NCBI GenBank assembly: GCA_051362555.1 | Contig: CM120640.1 | Location: 37,095,967-37,159,966 of the forward strand | Direction: 5' to 3' | Origin: Lingula anatina | Taxonomy: Eukaryota; Animalia; Brachiopoda | DNA length: 64,000 bases | Shown: positions 40,701 through 51,957 of the stretch, piece by piece | Position numbering within the stretch: position 1 is the stretch's first letter | Layout of the letters: each line of letters begins with the position of its first letter | Notes under the pieces: model-generated | What the model was told of the DNA's origin: nothing | The model's database searches: none | The model's input: the letters and a program-made list of their open reading frames with translations, nothing else | Translations under genes and position numbers: made by a program

Positions 40701-41615
40701 ATTGTAAATTCATAAAATAAATAAATAACTTAGTTGAATATGATGAAATAATTTACACATTAAAAAGAAACTACACTGATTGCCTTGCAATTCTTCTTGC
40801 ACAATGCTAAGCTTTTTGTAATGTACAAAGAAGGATAAATAATGTACAGCTATTTATATACATAGTAGGTATTGCACACAAGGTCTGCATTGTTTTAGAG
40901 GTTCTAAAAAGCACCTCTAGCACAAGCACTTCACTGATTTTGTCACATTTACCATACACATCTGCCACCTTCATCACGTTATAGCAAAAAAAAAAAATTA
41001 TTTCAAACATGGCTAAGTAGCTGCCCAATTAAAAAGTTTACCACTTATTCAAGATCATTTACCATACTTAAATATCACTGCTGCTGCCATTTTATCTTTT
41101 GTCAGAATGTAAAAAATATACTTACAACATATCAAGTTTGAAAATTGATACAGTTTGCATATATGAACCTTAAAAGTATTTGAATGTATAGTCATGCATT
41201 TGTCTAACATTTACCAATATAGGCTACAGTGAAAAGCTTTTAGCCAAATTCACATTTACTTAAGTAAAATTTAAAATACATAGAGTTGAATACAATTAGA
41301 GAAATTTCTAAAGATTAAATGTGATATTAAAGAACAGTTTTAAAAAGCAGATCATACTCTTGATGTAACAGTGCATTCAGAAACTGCAAGTTGAAGAAAT
41401 CTGGTGTATTTTTTTCTATTACAAATAACCTACATTTTATACTTCTGTTTAGAGTCCCTTCATATTTTGATATCCCACTGTCCTCCATCCTGTTGTGACC
41501 TTACATTTGGCCACTATTCACCAGATGGCAGCACCATCCGTGTCGGTTGCCTTTTGTCTACTGACCAGCAGATAGAGCTCACACACGCACACATACGCTG
41601 ACCTGTGGGCAGCCT

Positions 41616-41754
41616 TCAGGTCAGTGTGTTCAGTTTGTTGTGATTACTTCTGGACTCGTACCAAGTGTTGGAGTTGTCTTCAATTATTGTTGAAGAGGAA
41701 TGTGATGGACTGAGGACGTTTGTTGAAGTATATTTAGGTGTCCGTTCTCGATAT
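41616..41754 (-). CDS. Candidate alternative last coding exon of paralog C
   Basis: The acceptor atttcag|A TAT is phase-compatible with the TM exon and reads (R)YRERTPKYTSTNVLSPSHSSSTIIEDNSNTWYESRSNHNKLNTLT*. GC is locally raised. Confidence 0.45.
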
Positions 41755-42849
41755 CTGAAATCATTTTAGAGGCACAAAATACAGACTGGAGCACAGAATG
41801 TGATTAAGTCCATGCATACATTTTGGAATTTTAAAGTACAAAAATAGTTAAGAATGAATTATACAAACATATAATTACCACAAATAGGAATGTCATTCTG
41901 CATTACTTATAAAAGTGTACTAAAGTTAAGTACAATTTTTTTTCTTTGGTGATAATACTTTCTTAATACTAAAATAAGACAAGGCTACACATTTTTAGTT
42001 ACATGTAAAAATGGCAGTATAGCTTAATTAGTCTGCCTTCAGTTTCATGCCCTGCAGACAGTATTTTGTTCTTAAAATATAAAATCCTGCTGACTTCATG
42101 ATATAATGATCTACGGCCATCTGTGACAGACATGAATGGCAGCACCTGCCTTATCAAAAACCTTTGTCACATACACAGTTAAACAATCCCGGAGAACAAT
42201 TATGCATGCATCAGTGTCGGCCGTAACAAGCTGCTGGTTTTATATAAAAAAAGGCAGCTGTCCCAAAGGGGCAGTATGTAGCATGAAGATGATTCAAGAG
42301 GATTGGAAGACTAAAGATAAAACCATATTTTGCCTCACAATGGTGACTAGGTCATAATTTAAGTGAAAAAGGGCCGCTATTTAATACTTATATAATCAGT
42401 TGAAAATACTGGGTTGAAAAATACTTCTGATCATCAACACTCAGTTGTGTTGAGAAAAAATTCAAATAAGGAAAAATAATTTTTTTGCTCTTCATTGAAA
42501 TACTGCTTTGGCTTATTTCGTACTTATAACTGCCAATAATTTGACTGGCAAATACTGTTTTAGGCAAAGTTTTGTGTGGCACTTATACATACTGTTTGTA
42601 GTAGGAATACAACCAATCTTTTTTTTCAGTCAGATTGCAGAAGATGAACTTCTTTAAGGAACACTTTTTTTTGCAGAGCATATTTGTTAGGTCAAAAGAC
42701 CATGCTTTCATGTAAACATTTTTGGCTCATTGCATATACTCTTGGAATGCAGATCATAATTGATAAATTGTATTTTTTTTCAATCTAAGTCAATGTCAGG
42801 TACATCCTTTCCCATAGTTTCAAACATTTTTGCAGTCTCTTTCAGAGTG

Positions 42850-45800
42850 TTAAAGATACGCTTGAGGCATCTGCGAACTTTCTTCCAACTTTGCGTATAC
42901 TTCCTCTGGTGGCGTTTGCTGAGTAGGCCTGCATAAAACACGAGATAAAATGGAAGGTGATGGTGGTTTTAGACAATTCAGTCTAGACAGGCGGGAAGGA
43001 GGGAAGGGCAGACTGACATGCAAGCAATTCCCAGATGCCACAAAGCATCTTCCCCATAACGATAACATGCACTGCATTTACAGAAACTCATAAAACATAA
43101 AAAGTAAAATGAAAAAATGGCTATACCTTTTTATTATGAGAAGAATGACTAGGACAGCCAATATTAACAACAGGCTCCCAAGGACGCCTCCGATGATTGC
43201 AGCTGAAAGGAAAGCAAGACAATGCAAAGATATTGCTTCATCTTTTCTATATAGCTTTGAATGTGTATTGTGTAGTTTGTTCCTTTGGGAAGGAGTTGCC
43301 AAAGATTATTTCTTGTTGCAGCCATGTTCATAAATACCTTTGACAATCTTTTTTTAGGCATGCTTGTTTTATATTGTGTTCTAATTAAAAAGCAGTTTCT
43401 GATTGAAATCAAATAAAAAGATAGCATGGGAGTTAACAAATGCAAACAAATGGCCGAAGTCTAAGAACAGCATAATTAAACCTTTACTGTAAGAGGCGAA
43501 GCCAAATTTGACCTTCATTGACCCCTCATGTAAAGAAGTCATTTTAGTCACTACGTAATGCTCATTTGGTGCATTACATTCAGGTTTAATTTCTCAAAGT
43601 TATTCAAAGACCCACCCAAAAAAGTAGCTCATTTAATTTCTTTGCAAGCTGCTCATATTTTTCAAAACACCAAATGAATACATTATTTCATTTTTTTCTG
43701 TCATCTAATTTCACATCAGTGGATGATTTGCAGATACATGTTTTATGGTGAAATTCTTATAGGTGTCTTTTTTTTTTTGAACTTTTTGTTTATTGCAAAG
43801 CGTAACTAATAAGCAGCATTACTAATATTCTACAGCAAGCCCATGATTGCAGATATTCTGGTAAGCTTGGCACATGTACAACTGAGAAGCTGGACAACAT
43901 GGCAGACATCATGCAAAGTGGGTTAAAAAATATTTCTTACTTAATTTTTTTCTATTAATTTTTTAAAACCAAATTTAATCGGTTTTCTTTACAAAAAAAT
44001 ATATATATAAGTGACGTAATTAAAGTTTTGCAAATCTAACTAATTTACTGTGCAGGTTATATCAGATCACATCTAGGCAGGAGATGAGTCTTGATGGCGT
44101 ATTCTTACCTGCAGGGATGGTTGCTTCTTCTTGCTGCATTAGGAATTTTTGGCTGTGCTTGAGCTCTGTCGTGGCAAAAGATGGCAGGAGTGATGATAGA
44201 AGTTTAGAGTTGGTGGTCGGCTTGACAGATACTTTCATCTGATTTCGCAATGTACTGGTCAGGATGACATCATTCTTGGGGTTCGGTCTTGCGCTTGGTG
44301 GCATCCTTGTGGTGGGAATAGAGGTTGGGTTCTGTGTTGTTTCCATGGGAGGAAAAGCTGCAAAAAATGCAATTAGTTGTTATGGTGCCTGAATATTTTA
44401 TATTTTATTTTCAGAAATCAAGAAGAATATATTGTGTTTTTTTTTTTTAATTCATAATATGCACCTGAATGTAATCGAAACATTATCAAACAACCTGCCC
44501 ATGAGATTGGGTAAGAATTAATCCTAATATATTTGACCAGTTCCCAGAAAAGTCTAAGTATTGATATAATGGATTAAAGAGCCTGATAGATCCCCAAGTT
44601 CCATACCTTCAAAGTACAACCACAACCCCTTCCTTCGACCATTATTGACTCCACTTTTGAACCTGAGAATGAGCTCATTGGCCATGGTGGTGAAGATCAG
44701 GTCATTCTGTCTGCTGCCACAGAGAGTAGAACCACGCAGATTGTCGTGGATGTAAAGCGTATCTTCACAATCGCTGCCATTGGCATCTTGGATGTGGAGG
44801 TCCAGAGCCAGAAGTTTTATTTTCTGACCCGGATTCACAATGATATGGAGCTCACAGTCCTTGTTGCTAGGGTAGTTGCTAGGGTAACGTGGGCTATGGA
44901 TGTAGCCATTCTGGGTGAAAAGTTTGTCCTTATGCTCGTCACATATGTCGACGCTCCAGTCCACTACAATGAACAAATTGATCAAATTATGCCTAATGCT
45001 CAGTTCTGTTATCACAAATGAACTATGGTTCTGTAATGTACTGCTTACATTATATTTTATTATAAATTATAACTGTGTAAATGATGTGTTGATAATTTAT
45101 AGAATTAAATGGCAATGTTGGAAAAACTCTTAACAAACAAAAAATAGTCCCCCCCCTCCCCCCCCCCCCAAAAAAAAAAAAACCTTCACTCATCAGCAAG
45201 TAGGCCCGCCTTTCAACAGTAAAGAACACCATGAATGAACTTTTTTTACCTGGTATACACTCATATTCAACCTGGATGTAGTTGCTATATTGCTTGCAGT
45301 GGGGGATGTAGCGCCCATAGTCCCCAGATGGCAGGTTGATACCACAGTGTGACTGGCCGACACAGGAATAAGGCGTGTCTTCAGTTACATGACAGTCACC
45401 TTCAGTGTAGTTACATTTTCCACTGGCACTGAGGCCGTAAATGATCTTGTTGATGCGTATCATGGATCCAATGCTGCACGTCAGGTTGAGAATATTGCTG
45501 GGATGGGCAAAACAGATGCTGGCATTTCTGGGTTCAGCTGAGGAAAACAAAAACAGTAATATATTAGGCGAAATGAAAACAACCCAGAGCAGCTGGAGGA
45601 GATTTTGAGGGATACAGTACATCTACAATGTTGAAACATAAAATTTCTGTTTTTATTATAAAATTTTAAAAAATGAAAATGATAATGTTGAATTATTTTT
45701 GTGAAAGGACAACCAAAGTCAAGACAATGAATTCAAGAAAGTTTAGAGCATCACAGTCACTTGCAATATATTTCTGATGTTCCAGATAAAGTGTTTACTC

Positions 45801-47381
45801 CATATGGCCTGCATACATGACTGTGATAAACAACATTATAATAAGGCTTGACAACTGGTGCTCATATATGTAGCTAAGATCATTCTTTAATAGCTTAACT
45901 TTGTTAAAGTTTGTAGTTTTCAGTTAAGATCATTTGATAAAAAAAGAAAAAACTTCTACGTCTCTTCTGTGGTCCTATGTTCTACTTAGCACAAGATGGG
46001 GTGGTCAAGGATGATAGGGGGAAATGATTTTGCCCTAGTATCTGCTTCCCCTGTGCTTCCTCCAATTAGGCCTGAAACCTTGTTTAATGCTGGGACCCAT
46101 GTAAAACTGTTGAGAGAAAGGGGCTGCAGGGTGATCTCCAGTCATTCAGCTGTTTTTACACTAGACCTGAATGTGGATGTGTAGCATGAATCTCATGCTG
46201 GAGAGATAAGATGAGTGACCTTCTGCAGATAGTAAGTGACCCCAGTAGAGTAAAAGTACCAAACACCAGCACGAGACCAACAATTTCTCATAGGTCAGAG
46301 GTATAATGGTGAGGTGCAGAGAAAACGATAAACCAATAAACAAAAAGATAATTAGAAATAAAAATGTTATAAAATAGTTGTAAAAATTCATTGAAAATAA
46401 TGTTACACAGACTTGCGTAAAAGTTAAGTAGGCATGATTTAAGAATGAAGGGTTGATTACTGGTTAAGTATAGCATTGAAAGAGCTAAAACTTCCTTATT
46501 GAAATCAGTTTACAAGAACAATGAGTGTGCATTGTGTGGACTGATTATTCATTTTGTATTGAACACATCTTTTTTCACTCATTGATTGTTGTTCAGTCAG
46601 TCAATGTCTTAAACTGAAAGTAATTTCAGACAAGAACCTGGTCAATAATTGCTTAAATATTGGTGTATTACTACTGATAAAAAGCCGTGATTGCTATTTT
46701 TCTGTAGTGCACTGACTAAGCCTTCTTAACATTTTTTTTTGTAATAATGGATGTGAAACTCTTTCTCTCTAAAATGATAGCGATATGTAGAGAATATTTT
46801 TTTTTTACTATTCTTCCTTTGGTTATTTAATAAATGGCATTTTTAATGTTTATATTGCAAAAAGGCATCAAAAAATTTTGAGTCTTCCTTGATACTTGCT
46901 AAAACAATAATATTGCTACCTTGAAATAATAACTTATCAAATAACTGTTTAAAACCCCACTTTTAGGTCCATAAACATGAGATATTCTTGAAAATATGAC
47001 AGACCACATACCTAGCGATATCCCTATCTTCGTACATAAACAATATTACTATCAATTCAGATTTGCCACAACAATGAAATAACACACCAAAATAACACCA
47101 GCATAAGATAAGCTTACAAATAAGTACAGGCAGAGAGAGATAAACTTACAGGGCTCACTCAGTGCAGTGTATTAGTCTTATAGCTTCTTATATTTTTAAA
47201 ACCAGAGAGAAGAGTCAGTGCTAATCCACATACACATACAACAGCTGTTAGCTCTACTACTACCAGTGATGCCAATGCACAGATATAAATTACTCTGTTA
47301 CTCACCCATCGTTTCCTTGTATCCAGTAATGCACATCACCATGACTGCCAATGCAGTTTGAAGGCTCTGCAAGTTTTTCAT
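42850..47381 (-). CDS. Nested receptor paralog C: signal peptide + SUEL-like lectin + CUB + 83-aa stalk + TM + short tail (about 374 aa)
   Basis: Exons (-): 47381-47306 (MKNLQSLQTALAVMVMCITGYKETM); 45537-45250 lectin-like (LTCSIGSMIRINKIIYG...CVGQSHC...YSNYIQVEYECIP); 44963-44607 CUB (GYIHSPRYPSNYP...LCG...KGLWLYFE); 44357-44109 stalk; 43202-43127 TM (AIIGGVLGSLLLILAVLVILLII-KR); 42928-42850 tail RPTQQTPPEEVYAKLEESSQMPQAYL*. Confidence 0.87.
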
Positions 47382-49829
47382 CTTGAATGTAGACTGATGT
47401 TTTGTTTTTCCCTTAAGTTCTTCAATTCACTCACTTCACCAGCACATCGATGACAATATGGTGCCTGTAAAGGAAATTACAACCATTTAAATAGAAACTC
47501 CACTGGAAACAGCTTGGAGAGCCATGATTTGTGGGCAACATTTACGATCTTCTCTGATTTTCTTGGTTCATACCCCTTGACCTATAGTGGCTTTTTTAGG
47601 CCATCATAAACTTACCGCTGGTGCTGGAAAAATATTTTTGCACCTGTAGCGTCAGTATGCCATGCAAGCCTGTATGGTTTCCAGGGCTCTAATCTGCTAG
47701 TCAGAGTAACCTATAAACTAAACTGAAATGAAATAAAAATTGGCGGCACATGGTGCAGGGTCTTTTCTTTCTTTCTGGGTTGTCAGCTGGGTTGCCGGGT
47801 TCACCTGCCTCTTTTTTTAAAAAAACTACCTCTGAGCTAGAACATGTTTTCTACCTGTCAGTCAGTAGATTACTACGAGGCTGTTGCACACAGGTAATCT
47901 AGATGTGCTGCACTAATGATGTCAGCACTGTAGTACTTGGAATTCGTTAATGAAATGCTATAGTTAAAGAGAGGATCAAGCAGTCTTTGCTTTTGTATAT
48001 TTTGTACTGGAATTGTTCTCAATCTTTATAATCGTAATTTTTTCCCCAGAATTTTCTCAAAGTATAAATACTTAAATGAAATAAAGTGTTTTTAATGTTC
48101 TTTTCACATTGCAAAAAAAATCATTTTTAAGGCAATCAAGGGGCTAGTTCCGTGAAATATTTCCTCTTACCTGCTAGCTGTTGGTTCTATGTGTCCCCTT
48201 GTGCGATTGGTTTATAAGTACTACACCAGTGTTAATTACCGAATGAAGTGAATTGTTAGAGGCCATACAAAGCCATCCAGTCCTCTCACTTAACAACAGT
48301 ACAGTGAAAGTGAAAAGATTCATTAATTTCCCTAGCCTTCATTGTGTTCTGGCCTCTAGTTGTAAAGTAGGAAGTTGAGATGAAACCTAATCTATTTTAT
48401 TGATTTCCCTACAAATGTCTGCTGTATGCAGCCATGTATTAAAGCTTGCGTAGTTTAATAGTAATCTTCTACTCTGCAGAATATTTATTGATGGAACTCA
48501 TAAGATTACAGGCTTCCGGGATAAGATTATGCAATGGTTAATTCAATAAATTAGCATAACTTTCCTTTGACTCAGCTTATGAAGCTTTCTTCTCATTAGA
48601 CTAATCTCATTGTTTCTAAGTACATCTGTTATCTTAAAAAGAAAAAAGCCCTGCCAACAAAAGGCTGAGATAATACCAGTGGGTAGAAGATCCATGTGTA
48701 TGGCAGTCTCTAGTTATACTCTGGGTATTGGAACAGATGCTACTTCTAACTTGTTTTATCCCCCCACCTGACACGACTCTCATGAAAATAATCTAAGGCA
48801 TTAAGCAGGAATGATATTGATAATATGTGTAGCACTAAATATCCAGTGGATAAAATACTTTTGATATCTGACTCAGATTAAAAGGGGGTTTAGATAAAAC
48901 TGGGGTATCATCGACAGAGAAGCATTGTTTTTGAGGCAGTGGCACTGCATGAAAATTCAATCAGATAGGACAGTTTCTACCACTAGTACGGAGTCATCCT
49001 CTACATGACCCCTGTAAACTGTCAGTTTTTCGTTGAAACCCACAGCAGTCAGTGGCACACTTTGCCTCCCTCAAGGGAGGCACACTTTTCTCCCCTCACA
49101 AAATATTTAATTGCTGTCCAGCTGTGGTAATCAACATTCTGTTGATTCCCTACAGTGGCAACAGAGTGCAATAAACCTTGGCATAGGTGAGGTGGAACTT
49201 TAATTGAAAATTTCTGTTGGTTCTTTTTTTTTATGGCACTTCTAACTCCATTTAGATAAACAAACTTTGATCACATTGATACATTATGGAAGACTCTTGA
49301 AAATAAGTCACAGGATACACTTTATCCTTTCTGGTTTGTAAAGAATTTGATAGGCGTCTTGTTGCCTCATCTAAAATCAGTCTCCATTAATAAGACTTCT
49401 TTTTTTTTTTAAAGAAAATAACATGTTGAATATTAACCAGAGTTTTTACTTAGTAATCAATGTACAGACCTTACTTCCTTTAGGTTATCTTTCTCCTAAA
49501 TTGAAGAAAATAGACAAATGCTGTTCCTCCATTCTGAAGCCCTGTTCTCATCAGATCTAAGTAAACCATTTTAGGTCTAACTTTAAGAGAATGAAACTTG
49601 ATTACAATCACCCTTTTCAGATTTGTCTTGAACACTGTGATTTTACAACTCAAGTCAGGAAGTACAGGGGGTAGGGTGGATGGGGGTAGGTTAAACACCA
49701 GAGTAGTCCAATCGCACTGATTATAGACCTAAAAATGTTCTCCTTAAAACTGAAGTGAACAAGTCCCTATTTAACCTCCCTCCTAGCTCACTTAATATTT
49801 ACACTGGTTCTAAAAGTCAAAAGGCATAC

Positions 49830-49983
49830 CTGCAGAGGGTGCACACGCCGGCAGTTAAATCCAAATAATTTGTTGGTTTTATGGTTAAGTCCCCACAAGC
49901 TCCTCATTCAAAGAAGGTGTCACCTGCACGTGCCTGAGAGTTCCAACTGACAGCCGGCACACGACTGTGATTGCTTTTATATA
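49830..49983 (-). promoter_or_regulatory. Probable core promoter and non-coding first exon of paralog C
   Basis: On the - strand: TATATAAAAG (49983-49974), initiator-like TCAGTT with A at 49948 about 33 nt downstream, then a strong donor CAG|GTATGC at 49830/49829. The signal-peptide exon has an acceptor at 47465-47466. GC and CpG are locally raised. Confidence 0.55.
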
Positions 49984-51683
49984 CTGTGGATGCCGGCTCT
50001 TATTAATCTAATACAACAGAACAACCACAGGTTATCAAAGGCCGGTGTGCCGCGCTGTCATTAAGTCTGTGGCTGCACAATTAAAGTATCAGTGCTGCCT
50101 GCCTCTGCTCTGTTAACACAATAGAAGCAACCATCTGAATAATTAGGCACGTGTGGAGGGCTCACTTTGACAAGCGGCACACTTCAAGCATTAAAGGGGG
50201 AGGTACCCTCCCTCTTAAATAGGATAATTTAGGAAGTTTCATCCCAGAGATAATCATGATTTATTATACATGCGGGTCTTAGGATATGCAGAAGTCAGTA
50301 AACTGTCCCTTTGAAACTGATACTGCTGGTCTGTGTTTATTTCAAATTATAAACAATAACAATGTCATCTGTATTCATCCTCAGCCTATCTTTCAGGCTT
50401 TTAGGTGTATTTACAATCTAGTTGTGGCATCTTAACTAAGCAATGTACTTTTGCCACATAAACAGTCAGCAAAGATAGTATGGTGCTCAGTTGAATTGCA
50501 ACTACTGGACTGTATGTGTATTTAGAATAAACTTAAGGAAATAAATTTTGACCTTTTGTGGTTTTTTTTTCATGCAAAATAAGAACTTGTGACTGATCAT
50601 GAAAAGAAAGTTTGAAAAGATGCAGAAAAATGTAGGAAAAGGCAGTTACAGAGAAGGTTATGAGAGGGGAAGGCCTCTCTCTCTTTTATTACCATTTTAC
50701 TGTTCCTATCTCAGAACATATGGTCAAGGGACTTGTGCTCTTAATTTACCCATTGTGTGCAGTAGCGACTAGGGAAAACAACAGATTGTACATTTGTTGA
50801 CATCATCCAATATTTATTTAAGAAAATGCAATGAAGAAACGTTGAATGATGTGTAAGGCATGAGTGTATGTGTGTGTACCACATGCATTTGTGTGGATGA
50901 GTCTATCTGAAATTCATTTAAGGGTTGCTGTCAGGTGTTTTGCTAGAAAATGAAGGCCTGAATATTAATATATAGGTGTATTTCATGACGGAGAGCTTCA
51001 GAAACAAAAGGGACAGACCACTAGAATGGAGTGATGGAAATCAAGTCACCTGGACCTTGCAGATGGTGTTCAGGAGACTTACAGATAGATATTCACTAAT
51101 TAATACCCTGGCATCTTTTGAAGTAGGTGAAATCGCTACCAATAAAAAAGCCCCAGTAATTTCACAATGACTGAACTAAAACTGTCATCTGGCCAGGGAG
51201 GCTTAATAACTGTCACCTGCTGTAGGGCAGCTTCAAAGCACCAGGACTCTAATTATCTCATAGCCACAGACTACAGCAGGTGGGGGTGGCAATTAGCTAA
51301 AAGCTATACACTGTCAGGGCCTTGTTGAAAACAACAGCTGCCTGGGACAGGAGTAAGCTGGCAAAGTATTGATTTATACAGGGTTGTGGCTGGTTAGCTT
51401 AGCTTTAAGGAACCTGGATATAGTGGAACTCCCAACTGAGTTACCTGGAAAACCACAGATGTCAAGCTACAGCAGAGGAGACTGCTAATTGTTGGTAGAC
51501 AGGTCTGGTAGGATCAAAGGGAAGATGTAGAGATGTTGAAAAAATGAGGTGCCACAATAGATCAAAGAAGTGCCTAACAATGGTCCTGATGACATCAAAG
51601 AGGTAGTACCAGTGATGAGGCAGAGGAGCAGGAGATGTATGGGGACAGATGACACTGGTTTCATGCCTTGTGATGAAACAATA

Positions 51684-51957
51684 GCCTGTTTCACAATGGA
51701 ACTTTTAACATTGAAAGTTGGGATAAGCTTTTCAACCAAAATTTGAGTCTACTTTGACATAAGATAAGCTGAAAGCAGTCTGATTAAATCAAGAATTGCA
51801 CCTGTTTTATTACAAGAGAAAAAAGTGTATTATTTTAGAGCAGTAGTAACTGCCTCTTAATGAACTTCTGTTGATTTTCCAAAACTGAAGTATTTTAATT
51901 TTTTGATTTGTTATCTGAGACAAAATTTTTGTTGAAATTTGTTTTTGTGAAATAGGC
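51684..51957. mobile_element. Possible MITE-like element with 13-bp terminal inverted repeats
   Basis: GCCTGTTTCACAA (51684-51696) and TTGTGAAATAGGC (51945-51957) are 12/13 complementary. The same end motif recurs at 1041-1053, about 16225 and about 16381. Confidence 0.35.

Noticed and set aside
46161-46391. Hydrophobic minus-strand ORF as an alternative signal exon of paralog C
   Set aside because: No in-frame ATG next to the hydrophobic stretch and a poor donor
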